Assembly: GCA_041164205.1 (NCBI GenBank)
Contig: JBEAPX010000056.1
Span: forward strand, 1-53,750
Direction of reading: 5' to 3'
Source: Pseudomonadota bacterium
GTDB lineage: Bacteria; Pseudomonadota; Gammaproteobacteria; Burkholderiales; Burkholderiaceae_C
Length of the DNA: 53,750 nucleotides
The position numbers and the translations under genes are program-made. Positions 44,628-53,750 of this stretch are shown here, piece by piece; position 1 is the first letter of the stretch, and each line of letters opens with the position of its first letter. The notes under the pieces are model-generated. The model made no database searches and had not been told where the DNA came from. It saw only the letters and a program-made list of their open reading frames with translations.

Positions 44628-45035
44628 TCAAGCCCCTTGGAACAGGGCGAGCCTCAATGTGTGCAAGTGGCCGCGGCATTGGCTTGCCACCTCTGGGTCA
44701 AGCAGCCCTTGCTCACTCAACTCGTCCACCAATGCATCCATGTCGAGCAAGTCGTGCGCTGTGAGCCGATGGTTCAAACGCGCAATGGTCATGGCATCAC
44801 TGCCGCCGAACCCCCGCACACGGGCGATCACCGCATTGAGTAAGCGGACTTGGTAGCCCACAAAATCTCTAAACGCCAGCACATCACGGAACCGCGCCAC
44901 ACGGGCCTCGCACGCAAACAAGCGCTCGTAAAACAAGTGCGTGTACGTGGGGACTGACAGGGGAGGTCTGACTCTGACCAAGCGGCTCTCCAATGACGCA
45001 ATCGACGCGGTGCCAGCCCACTCTGGCGGTGGCAA
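44628..45035 (-). CDS. Hypothetical protein, possible divergent globin fold
   Basis: LFYERLF, YQVRLL, IARLNH, DALVDEL, PEVASQC segments in globin-like order; start uncertain. Confidence 0.45.
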   Translation of the reverse strand: MPPPEWAGTASIASLESRLVRVRPPLSVPTYTHLFYERLFACEARVARFRDVLAFRDFVGYQVRLLNAVIARVRGFGGSDAMTIARLNHRLTAHDLLDMDALVDELSEQGLLDPEVASQCRGHLHTLRLALFQGA

Positions 45036-45266
45036 AGAGGTACTCGCCCTGGGGAACGCGGCTCACGTGCTTGAGTGTGATGGGTCGGACACCGACAACG
45101 ACTTGGAATTTTTACGGAAATCCATCACAGCGCCACGAGGGTAATCCCTGCGTTCGTTGAGTCCATCGCGCAAACCGAGCAATCCATCACGCCGCCGTTC
45201 ACGGGCGAAAGCCTGTGCCTCGCTGGCCAAAGAGCGCCGAAGGTCAGCGGCGGCCTCTCACGGCTG

Positions 45267-46025
45267 TCAGCGTCCACCGCGCGCCACAAACGGTCCATTT
45301 TTATAACCAGCCTTGCCGTAACAGAATGGTTCACCGCCAGGTTGCCTCACGTCACCACCCGCGGCACGCAACACGGCATCTCCAGCCGCCGTGTCCCACT
45401 CCATGGTCGGACCAAATCTCGGGTAAAGATCGGCCTCGCCTGCTGCCAGCACACAAAACTTCAACGATGAACCAATGGACAAGGTGTGCTCAATGGCGTG
45501 CGCCTTGAGCCAGGCCTCCGTCTGGGCGTCACGATGCGACACACTCGCCACGGCCACCGCACCTGTCAAAGGCACCGCCCGCACCTCCAGTGACCTGCGG
45601 GTAGCTGCACGCTCCTCATAGGCGCCGCTAGGCGATCCAACAAACAGGCGGTCCAAAGCAGGCGCATAGACCACGCCAGCGATGGGCACGCCGCGCTCGA
45701 CCCAAGCCACATTCACCGTGAACGCGCCCTGGCCATCGCGTTTTAAAAATTCCTTGGTGCCATCTAAGGGGTCCACCAAGATGAACCGCTCAGGCGGCTT
45801 CAGCAGATGGGTGTCGACGTTCTCCTCAGACACCACCAGCACCTCGGGCACGAGGTCTCGCAGTGCGCCCGCAATCACGGCCTCTGCGGCTGCATCGGCC
45901 TCAGTCACAGGGCTACCGTCTGATTTCATTTGCGCGCAAGGCGACTTCGCGTAGACCGCCATGATCCGCGCCCCCGCCTCACGCACGGCAGGCTTCAAAG
46001 CCTCACACCATTGACTCACATCCAC
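45267..46025 (-). CDS. cysQ: 3'(2'),5'-bisphosphate nucleotidase CysQ
   Basis: SPVTEAD, SEE, VDPLDGTKEF, GSSLKF, MEWDTAAG; GTG start 7 nt after AGGAG. Confidence 0.93.
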   Translation of the reverse strand: MDVSQWCEALKPAVREAGARIMAVYAKSPCAQMKSDGSPVTEADAAAEAVIAGALRDLVPEVLVVSEENVDTHLLKPPERFILVDPLDGTKEFLKRDGQGAFTVNVAWVERGVPIAGVVYAPALDRLFVGSPSGAYEERAATRRSLEVRAVPLTGAVAVASVSHRDAQTEAWLKAHAIEHTLSIGSSLKFCVLAAGEADLYPRFGPTMEWDTAAGDAVLRAAGGDVRQPGGEPFCYGKAGYKNGPFVARGGR

Positions 46026-46119
46026 CACACAGCTCCTGTGACTTCTGGAACGGGTATCTTGCCACCACTCAGGCCATGGCTGCCACGGGCGAACCCACAG
46101 GAGGCAAAGCTCGGCACCC

Positions 46120-46791
46120 TCATCCCGTCCACACCAGGCGCATCGCCAACCCCACAAAAACCAATGAACTGATGCGATCGAGCTGCGCCTGCACGCCTGG
46201 CCGGCGGCGCATGGCGTCGCCAACGCTGGCCGAAAAGTAGCTCAACCCACCAAACACCAACAATGTCGCCAATATAAATAGAGCGCCCAAGACCAAGATC
46301 TGCGGCGCTGCAGCCCCGCGCGTCGTATCCACAAACTGCGGCAGCAACGCCAGAAAAAACAACACGACTTTCGGGTTGCTGAGGTTCATGATGACACCCC
46401 GCCGCCACAAGGCCCAGGCGGGTGGTGCCCGCCCTTCACGTGCAGAGTGCGCGAAACCCGAGTCCTCCGTCGATGCGTGAACGGGCACCTCAGTGTGTCC
46501 ACGTGGGCGCGCTGGCCACGCAGCCCAGGCCAAATACAACAGGTACACAGCGCCCAACATTTGGATGGTTTGCAAGGCCAATGGTGCACCAGCCAGCACA
46601 GCGGCCAACCCCATCGCCACCGCGAGGGTATGGACCACAAGCCCTGAGCACAAGCCGAGCACCACCATGCATCCAGCCCGCGCGCCCGCAGCGATGGACT
46701 GCGCCATGACAAACAAATTGTCGGGTCCCGGGGTCAGACCCAGCAGCACGGCCACACCCAAAAACGTGGCGGCCGTCTCCAAACTGATCAT
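46120..46791 (-). CDS. LysE/RhtB-family translocator
   Basis: LTPGPDN, GAVYLLYLAW, NLSNPKV..FFLALLPQF. Confidence 0.92.
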   Translation of the reverse strand: MISLETAATFLGVAVLLGLTPGPDNLFVMAQSIAAGARAGCMVVLGLCSGLVVHTLAVAMGLAAVLAGAPLALQTIQMLGAVYLLYLAWAAWPARPRGHTEVPVHASTEDSGFAHSAREGRAPPAWALWRRGVIMNLSNPKVVLFFLALLPQFVDTTRGAAAPQILVLGALFILATLLVFGGLSYFSASVGDAMRRRPGVQAQLDRISSLVFVGLAMRLVWTG

Positions 46792-46810
46792 CCGCCGGGG
46801 CTCCCGATGC

Positions 46811-49534
46811 TCAAAGGTTGGGGCCCAACAGTCGGCGCAACGCCGACTCGGTCTGTCCGCTGCGATGGGCAAGGTCTTTGACTTGGTCATCGCCGATTTT
46901 GCCCACGTTGAAATACGTGGCCTCAGGGTGCGCCAAGTAAAAACCACTCACGCTTGAGGCCGGCGTCATGGCCATGCTGTCGGTGAGCCCCATACCAATA
47001 CCCGGCGCATCAATCAAAGCAAACAAGGCCTGCTTGGCGCTGTGGTCGGGACACGCCGGGTAGCCCGGGGCTGGGCGAATGCCTTGGTATTCCTCGCGAA
47101 TCAACGCCTCGCCATCTAGTTGCTCGTCAGCGGCATAACCCCACCACTCAGTGCGCACACGCCAATGCAAGTATTCGGCAGCGGCCTCGGCAAGGCGATC
47201 GGCCAATGCTTTGACCATGATGGCGTTGTAGTCGTCTTGCGCGGCCTCGTATTTTGCAGCGCGCTCGTCTGCGCCCAACACCGTGACGGCAAAGGCGCCA
47301 GCATAATCCGCCGCTTGCAATTGATCGGCAACAAAATCGGCCAAGCAGCGGCTGGGGCGCACCTGTCCGTTGACTGCACCTTTTTCGGTTTGCTGTCGCA
47401 GGCCGTGCCACGTCAACACCGATTGTTGGCGCGATTCATCCGCATACAACACGATGTCATCAGCGCCCACACGCTGCGCGGGATACAGGCCGACCGCAGC
47501 GTGAACGCTGAGGCTTTGCTCAGAAATGAGTTTGTCCAACATGGCTTGGCCATCGGCAAACACTTTGCTCGCCGCCTCACCGACCACATCGTCTTTCAAA
47601 ATAGCAGGGTACTTGCCTGCCAAGTCCCACGTTTGAAAGAACGGCGTCCAATCGATGTATTGCGAGATTTCTTGCAGTGACAGATTGCGCAAATGGCGTT
47701 TGCCTAAAAACTGTGGGGTCTTGGGACGATAGTGCGCAAAGTCAACTTGCGCGGCGTTGGTGCGTGCTTTGTCCAAGGGCCACAAGACTTGCGCCTTTTT
47801 GTTGGCGTGCTGATCGCGCACCCGCTCGTAATCGGCAGCGAGCTCCGCCTTGTACTGATCCGCGCTGTCACTAAGCAACCCTTGGGCCACCGACACACTG
47901 CGCGAAGCGTCAGGAACATAGACCACGGGGCCGGTGTAATGGGGTGCAATCTTGACCGCTGTGTGCACCCGGCTCGTGGTCGCGCCACCAATCATCAACG
48001 GCGTCTTGCGATCCACAAACCACGCGTCCTTTTGCATCTCTTCGGCAATGACTTGCATCTCTTCAAGGCTTGGCGTGATCAGGCCCGAAAGCCCAACAAT
48101 GTCCGCGTTGACCTCTTTGGCTTTGTTCAAGATGTCCTGCCATGGCACCATCACGCCCATGTTGATGACTTCGAAGTTGTTGCATTGCAAAACCACCGTG
48201 ACGATATTTTTGCCAATGTCATGCACGTCACCCTTGACTGTCGCGATGACGATCTTGCCTTGCGTTTTGACCTCATCGCCAGCGGCCAGCATTCTGGCTT
48301 TTTCCTCTTCGATGTAGGGGATCAAATGGGCCACAGCCTGCTTCATCACGCGCGCGCTTTTGACCACCTGAGGCAAGAACATTTTGCCTTGACCAAACAG
48401 GTCGCCGACCACATTCATGCCGTCCATCAATGGGCCTTCAATGACGTGCAGGGGCCGGCCGCCATCGGCTTCGATGGCTTGCCACATTTCTTGGGTGTCC
48501 TCGACAATGTGTTCCGTGATGCCATGCACCAGGGCGTGACTCAATCGACCACGCACATCGAGTTCACGCCACGCGTTTCTCTTGGTGTCGTCTTTGGCGT
48601 TGCCCTTGGCAGTCTCCGCGATTTCAATCAATCGCTCAGCCGCATCGGGCCGACGATTCAGCACCACGTCTTCCACGCGCTCACGCAAGTCAGGGTCTAA
48701 GTCGTCGTACACACCAATCATGCCGGCATTGACGATGCCCATATCCATACCTGCCGCAATCGCGTGGTACAGAAATACGGTGTGAATCGCCTCGCGCACG
48801 GGGTCGTTGCCGCGAAAGCTGAACGACACATTGGATACCCCGCCGCTCACCTTGGCGCCTGGCAAATTTTCCTTGATCCAGCGGGTCGCATTGATGAAGT
48901 CAACCGCGTAGTTGTTGTGCTCCTCGATGCCTGTGGCAACCGCGAAAATGTTCGGGTCAAACACGATGTCTTCTGGTGGGAAGCCCACCTCATCCACCAA
49001 GATGCGGTAAGCGCGGTGACAAATTTCGACCTTTCGCTCAAACGTGTCGGCTTGGCCTTGCTCATCGAACGCCATCACCACTGCGGCCGCGCCATAACGC
49101 ATCACCAATTTGGCATGGTGCTTGAAAGCGTCCTCGCCCTCTTTGAGCGAAATAGAGTTGACGATGCTTTTGCCCTGCACACAACGCAGGCCTGCTTCAA
49201 TGACCGACCATTTGCTCGAGTCAATCATGATCGGCACGCGAGCGATGTCTGGCTCTGATGCGATCAAGTTCAAGAAGCGCACCATCGCCGCTTCACTGTC
49301 CAACATGGCTTCGTCCATGTTGATGTCGATGATTTGCGCGCCGTTCTCAACCTGCTGGCGCGCCACGGCCAATGCCTCGTCAAACTGATCGTTCAAAATC
49401 ATCCGCGCAAAGGCTTTGGATCCAGTCACGTTGGTGCGTTCACCCACGTTGATGAATAAGCTATTGGCATCCACGCGCAAGAGCTCTAGGCCCGAGAGCA
49501 GCATCGGCGCGGTGGAGTTGTGGTTAACGGTCAT
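46811..49534 (-). CDS. metH: Methionine synthase C-terminal half (pterin, cobalamin-binding and reactivation domains)
   Basis: [22 protein letters not shown] (B12 His), [19 protein letters not shown]. Confidence 0.97.
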   Translation of the reverse strand: MTVNHNSTAPMLLSGLELLRVDANSLFINVGERTNVTGSKAFARMILNDQFDEALAVARQQVENGAQIIDINMDEAMLDSEAAMVRFLNLIASEPDIARVPIMIDSSKWSVIEAGLRCVQGKSIVNSISLKEGEDAFKHHAKLVMRYGAAAVVMAFDEQGQADTFERKVEICHRAYRILVDEVGFPPEDIVFDPNIFAVATGIEEHNNYAVDFINATRWIKENLPGAKVSGGVSNVSFSFRGNDPVREAIHTVFLYHAIAAGMDMGIVNAGMIGVYDDLDPDLRERVEDVVLNRRPDAAERLIEIAETAKGNAKDDTKRNAWRELDVRGRLSHALVHGITEHIVEDTQEMWQAIEADGGRPLHVIEGPLMDGMNVVGDLFGQGKMFLPQVVKSARVMKQAVAHLIPYIEEEKARMLAAGDEVKTQGKIVIATVKGDVHDIGKNIVTVVLQCNNFEVINMGVMVPWQDILNKAKEVNADIVGLSGLITPSLEEMQVIAEEMQKDAWFVDRKTPLMIGGATTSRVHTAVKIAPHYTGPVVYVPDASRSVSVAQGLLSDSADQYKAELAADYERVRDQHANKKAQVLWPLDKARTNAAQVDFAHYRPKTPQFLGKRHLRNLSLQEISQYIDWTPFFQTWDLAGKYPAILKDDVVGEAASKVFADGQAMLDKLISEQSLSVHAAVGLYPAQRVGADDIVLYADESRQQSVLTWHGLRQQTEKGAVNGQVRPSRCLADFVADQLQAADYAGAFAVTVLGADERAAKYEAAQDDYNAIMVKALADRLAEAAAEYLHWRVRTEWWGYAADEQLDGEALIREEYQGIRPAPGYPACPDHSAKQALFALIDAPGIGMGLTDSMAMTPASSVSGFYLAHPEATYFNVGKIGDDQVKDLAHRSGQTESALRRLLGPNL

Positions 49535-49562
49535 TGGTTCTCACCTGTGGCAATCGTTTTCA

Positions 49563-49664
49563 GGTGAGCGTCGTTGTCCCGATGGCGGCCTACAGTGTGT
49601 ATTCTGTCGCCGACGTTCGCCCTCAAGCCTCACCCAATGCGCGGGTTGCAACGCTCCTTGGGGC
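49563..49664 (-). ncRNA. SAH riboswitch
   Basis: CCAAGGAGCGUUGCAAC...GGCUUG...CAACGACGCUCAC matches the SAH riboswitch consensus and pseudoknot; lies upstream of metH. Confidence 0.9.
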
Positions 49665-49681
49665 GAATAAAAAGCGATATT

Positions 49682-50410
49682 TTAACCGGCCAAACGCACG
49701 CCAAAGCCGATAAACAACAGGCCCACTGTGGTGCTGAGCAGGGCAGACAAGCGTCTGCGCTGGGCAAACGTTTGGGCCAGTCGAACGCCGCCAAAGATCA
49801 AAGCACTCAAATACACAAAGCTGGCGGTCTGGACGATCGCACCCAGCAATAAAAAAGACAAGGCTGGGTAGGCATAGGTTGGATCAACGAACTGCACAAA
49901 AAAAGACAAAAAGAACAAAATCGCTTTGGGGTTCAACACACTGATCACCAGCGCTTTGCGATACACCTCCGCAGGACTGCGTTCCGCGACGGGCTTGAGC
50001 GCTGCCAGCACCTGCGCCACGGCGTCGGGCCCCGTGCGGTTCACAGACTCTTCTGCCGCATCGGACGTCATTTCGGCTTGCGCAGATGCCAAACGTTGTG
50101 CCTTGACTTCGCGCACCGCATGGGCCGCACCCCACAACAGACGCAGACCAAGGTAACTCAAATAGAGCGCCCCAGCCCAACGCACACCTTGGTACACCAG
50201 AGGGTTGGCCTGCAACACCTGTGCGGCGCCCAAAGCGGTCAGCAACATCAACACCGCGTCACCGCTAACCACACCCAAAGCACCGGCATAGCCCATGCGC
50301 AGGCCCGAACGGGCGGATACCGTGAGCACATACAGCGAATTCGGTCCTGGCAACAAGACGATGGCAATGGTGCCGGCAATGAACACACTTAAATCGGTGA
50401 CACCCAACAT
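49682..50410 (-). CDS. leuE: LeuE/RhtB-family amino acid efflux protein
   Basis: LLPGPNSLYVL, GD..LM, NPKAILFFLSFFVQFVDP. Confidence 0.85.
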   Translation of the reverse strand: MLGVTDLSVFIAGTIAIVLLPGPNSLYVLTVSARSGLRMGYAGALGVVSGDAVLMLLTALGAAQVLQANPLVYQGVRWAGALYLSYLGLRLLWGAAHAVREVKAQRLASAQAEMTSDAAEESVNRTGPDAVAQVLAALKPVAERSPAEVYRKALVISVLNPKAILFFLSFFVQFVDPTYAYPALSFLLLGAIVQTASFVYLSALIFGGVRLAQTFAQRRRLSALLSTTVGLLFIGFGVRLAG

Positions 50411-50544
50411 GGGATTTCCTTCTCAACCAAATGGAATGGGCTTAGGCGCCCAGATCAAACCTGGCATTGTGCCGTGGGCGGGTGTTCCCGTCATCGCCCC
50501 AGCCCACTTGCGCTTCACAAGCCGCTTTGATTTAGCATAGGTTC

Positions 50545-51564
50545 ATGTCTTCCGTCACACTCACTGTTGCGACTTGCAACGCCTTTAATTTGGCGCTTCC
50601 CCAGCGCCCCTTCTACGGGCATCAACCACCGTATTCGCAGCAAGAGTTCGAGCGCAAAATCGCGTGGCTTGGGGGTCGATTCAGCGCGCTCGGTGCCGAT
50701 GTAATGGTGGTGCAAGAGGTCTGGGATGAGTCCGCCCTACAAGCCGCGGTCAGTCAGAGCGGGATGCGCCATATGCAGGTGCGGGTGCCAGGTGCTGAAG
50801 TCGACGGCCAAGCCCAAGGGACCCCGCTGGTCGGCGTGGTGTCTAGGCTGCCGATAGAGTCGCTTCGTACCGTGGCGGCATTGCCAGAGGCGGTTCGCCT
50901 GACGTTGCCCGGTGGCGAGCGATTGACGGATTTTTCGCGGCCCGTCGTCATTGCCAAAGTGCGCATGAAGCACGGGCTGGCGGTGCACGTGGTCGGCGTG
51001 CACCTCAAGTCGAAGCGCCCCAAGTTTTTGGTCAGCCCCGAGGGAGAGCACCTGGAAGATCGCCAAGACCCCGCGGTGATGGCGCTGGCCCAATTGCGCG
51101 CGATGATGGTCAGAGGCGCCGAAGCGGTCGGGGTTCGTCACATTTTGATCGATCTGCTGCAACGCCATAGCGAGCCGCTGGTGTTGATGGGCGACCTGAA
51201 CGACGGCCCTCAAAGCGTGAGCACGCAGATGATGGCCTTCACCAGTGAAATTCAGTTTAAAAAGCGATGGCGCGACGTGGCGCTGTTCAACGCGTGGGAG
51301 GTGCAAGGCGAGGCCGCGCTCAAGCGCGATGTGGCTTACAGCCACATTCACCAGGGCTGGCCAGAGCTGCTTGACCACATCTTTGTGAGCGAAGAGTTTG
51401 TCCCCAACAGCCCTTTTAGCGTGGGAGACGTGCGCCGAGTTGACGCTTTCAATGACCACCTGCACGAGGGGAAAAGCCGCCACACCAGTGACCACGGCCT
51501 TGTGCGTGCCGTGATTCGGGTGCAAACGCCTGACCCCATCGTTGCCAACCCCAGCGGCGCCTAA
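50545..51564 (+). CDS. Endonuclease/exonuclease/phosphatase family protein
   Basis: TCNAFNL, VQEV, HLKSK, MGDLND, LDHIFVS, SDHG. Confidence 0.88.
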   Translation: MSSVTLTVATCNAFNLALPQRPFYGHQPPYSQQEFERKIAWLGGRFSALGADVMVVQEVWDESALQAAVSQSGMRHMQVRVPGAEVDGQAQGTPLVGVVSRLPIESLRTVAALPEAVRLTLPGGERLTDFSRPVVIAKVRMKHGLAVHVVGVHLKSKRPKFLVSPEGEHLEDRQDPAVMALAQLRAMMVRGAEAVGVRHILIDLLQRHSEPLVLMGDLNDGPQSVSTQMMAFTSEIQFKKRWRDVALFNAWEVQGEAALKRDVAYSHIHQGWPELLDHIFVSEEFVPNSPFSVGDVRRVDAFNDHLHEGKSRHTSDHGLVRAVIRVQTPDPIVANPSGA

Positions 51565-51704
51565 GCGCGCGCCAACCCCTGAGCCGAAGGACATTCGGGT
51601 GACATCTGTCGATTTCGGGCTGGGAGACAATCCACCCTGGAGTGTTCAGGGCTGGGCCTCTTGGCTTGGCGCTGACCCGTTTACCCTGCCTGAAAGACCA
51701 CCAC

Positions 51705-52469
51705 ATGTCAGATCAACCTGTTTCTAAGACCGCGATTGTCACTGGCGCCAGTGGCGGCATCGGTCGAGCCTGCGCGCTGGCATTGCTGGCCGACGGCTGG
51801 CATGTCGCACTGCTAGGCCGCCGTTTAGACGCCTTGAATGAAACCCGCGACCTGGCCGGCCAATCGGCTGCATTGGCCTTGCCCATCGTCACGGATGTGA
51901 GTCACCCAGAGGCCGTGGCGGCGGCATTTGCACAGGCCAAGGCCGCTTGGGGGCGATTGGATTTGCTCTTCAACAATGCGGGCGTCTTTACCCCAAGCGC
52001 ACACCCCGGTGCGACGGCGCTTGAGCATTGGCACGCGTCCGTGAACACCAATTTGAATGGTGCGTTTTATTGCCTGCGTGAAGCGTTTCAATGGATGAGC
52101 TCGCAATCGCCATCTGGCGGCCGCATCATCAACAATGGCTCGATCTCAGCCCATGCGCCGCGACCCGGCTCTTCGGGTTACACCGCAACCAAACACGCCA
52201 TCACCGGCTTAACAAAGACAGCGGCTCTGGATGGCCGTCCTTTTGGAATCGCTGTCGGGCAAATTGACATTGGCAACGTCGCCAGTGACATGACGACGGC
52301 GATGGCGGCCGGGGTCCCGCAAGCCGACGGCAGTGTGCGTCCCGAAGCACGCATGGAGATGGCCGGCGTCGTGGACACCTTCATGAACATGGTGAATCTG
52401 CCTCTGAGCGCCAATGTCTTGTTCACCACCGTGATGGCAACCAATATGCCATTTGTTGGACGCGGCTAG
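51705..52469 (+). CDS. Short-chain dehydrogenase/reductase
   Basis: TGASGGIG, NNAG, YTATK, GQIDIGN. Confidence 0.93.
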   Translation: MSDQPVSKTAIVTGASGGIGRACALALLADGWHVALLGRRLDALNETRDLAGQSAALALPIVTDVSHPEAVAAAFAQAKAAWGRLDLLFNNAGVFTPSAHPGATALEHWHASVNTNLNGAFYCLREAFQWMSSQSPSGGRIINNGSISAHAPRPGSSGYTATKHAITGLTKTAALDGRPFGIAVGQIDIGNVASDMTTAMAAGVPQADGSVRPEARMEMAGVVDTFMNMVNLPLSANVLFTTVMATNMPFVGRG

Positions 52470-52521
52470 CGCAGCGAGCGCGCTTGGCGAGATACCCCAT
52501 TTATTTTGGAATGACACACCC

Positions 52522-53385
52522 ATGAAACTTTTACGCCACGGGCCCAAAGGCCAAGAAAAACCAGGCTTGTTAGATGCCCAAGGACAGGTCCGCGATCTTT
52601 CCGGTGTGATGCGAGACATCACACCGGCGACCCTGTCACCTGCCGGCTTGGCCGAGCTCAACGCCCTGGACATCGCATCGCTGCCAACCGTGAGTGCTGG
52701 TCCCTATGCGGTGCCTTGGAGCGGAATGGGCAAGTTTTTGGCCATCGGTCTCAACTACGCCGATCACGCCGCAGAGGCGGGCATGGCTTTGCCCAGCGAG
52801 CCCATTGTGTTCACCAAAGCAATCAGTTGCGCAGTGGGCGCCAACCACGACGTGGTCTTGCCTCAGGGTTCTGTCAAAACCGACTGGGAGGCTGAGTTGG
52901 GCGTGGTGATCGGTCAGCGCGCGCGCTATGTCAGCGAAGCAAACGCACTGTCTTATGTCGCGGGCTATTGCGTGGTCAACGACATCTCCGAGCGTGAATA
53001 CCAAATTGAGCGTGGTGGCACCTGGGACAAGGGCAAGGGCTGTGACACGTTTGGTCCCATCGGCCCCTGGTTGGTGACCGCCGATGAGATCGCAGATCCA
53101 CAGGCGCTCGATGTGTGGTTGGACGTGAATGGCCAACGCTTTCAAACGGGCAACACGCGCACCATGATTTTCAATGTCGCGCAGATCATCAGTTACTTGA
53201 GCCGTTTCATGACATTGGAGCCGGGCGACCTGATCACCACGGGCACTCCGCCTGGGGTCGGCATGGGAGTGAAGCCGACACCGGTTTACTTAAAGCCAGG
53301 CGATGTCATGCATTTGGGGATTCAGGGTTTGGGCGAGCAATATCAAAAAGTCTACGCTTGGGACCCCGCGCGCATCGACACTTGA
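52522..53385 (+). CDS. Fumarylacetoacetate hydrolase family protein
   Basis: IGLNYADH, DWEAEL, ND.SER, KGKGCDTF, TGTPPGVG. Confidence 0.93.
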   Translation: MKLLRHGPKGQEKPGLLDAQGQVRDLSGVMRDITPATLSPAGLAELNALDIASLPTVSAGPYAVPWSGMGKFLAIGLNYADHAAEAGMALPSEPIVFTKAISCAVGANHDVVLPQGSVKTDWEAELGVVIGQRARYVSEANALSYVAGYCVVNDISEREYQIERGGTWDKGKGCDTFGPIGPWLVTADEIADPQALDVWLDVNGQRFQTGNTRTMIFNVAQIISYLSRFMTLEPGDLITTGTPPGVGMGVKPTPVYLKPGDVMHLGIQGLGEQYQKVYAWDPARIDT

Positions 53386-53592
53386 ATGCACCAACGCCTT
53401 TGGACCATGAGCACCGTCTAACTGAACACCCAGTTTCTCAAACCACTGTCATTTGGCGCCATTGAGATGCGCGGCGCCAGCGATCACGGCCTGGTGTGTA
53501 CGGCCACCACAACTCGCGCCTTGCTGTGGTGGCAATTCACCTACAATAGCATTCAGATTCAGATACAAAACCTTTGTTTTTCGGAGATCAAC

Positions 53593-53727
53593 ATGTCAAA
53601 CCATCAACCCGCAAATCATTCTGACGACCCCATGGCCGGCGTGGTTCACAAGATTCCTTGGGTGCTGCCCTTGGCTGGCGGCTTGCTGATTTTCCTGTTG
53701 GCAGCCATTGCGGTCTTGGTCGCGTAA
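53593..53727 (+). CDS. Small single-TM hypothetical protein (44 aa)
   Basis: GGAG RBS; upstream TACAAT; MSNHQP...VLPLAGGLLIFLLAAIAVLVA. Confidence 0.65.
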   Translation: MSNHQPANHSDDPMAGVVHKIPWVLPLAGGLLIFLLAAIAVLVA

Positions 53728-53750
53728 ACCGACGCTCACCCCCGCACAGG

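Noticed and set aside
45063-45065. Selenocysteine readthrough of the in-frame TGA
   Set aside because: No redox motif around the codon and no convincing SECIS hairpin

Overview
A GC-rich betaproteobacterial chromosome segment (Burkholderiales, Comamonadaceae-like judging by protein sequences and gene order), made up almost entirely of housekeeping genes. It contains the start of the str operon (rpsL-rpsG-fusA'), dac, hemJ, hemB, radA, uppS, ilvE, an OmpR-family two-component system, ampG, xth/pyrE, gatCAB, mreBCD-mrdA, a GMC oxidoreductase, an RND efflux operon, alr, lplT, glcEF, glnK-amt, comM, cysQ and a split methionine synthase. I see no CRISPR array, tRNA/rRNA, transposase, integrase or phage genes. 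The most interesting signals are small and mostly non-coding. (1) Two unannotated, self-contained structured RNA candidates of ~105-110 nt (12.3 kb and 28.1 kb), each with a -10 box, a 5' stem starting at the predicted +1, and an intrinsic terminator. (2) An RND/DUF2892/SLAC1-TDT operon with a CsoR/CstR-type operator inside its promoter, possibly a persulfide-responsive sulfur export system. (3) A MetH split into two genes ~40 kb apart on opposite strands, with an SAH riboswitch on only one half. (4) A highly divergent globin-like orphan ORF. (5) Divergent xth and pyrE genes whose start codons overlap in one CATG. All functional calls come from visual motif recognition; no searches were run.
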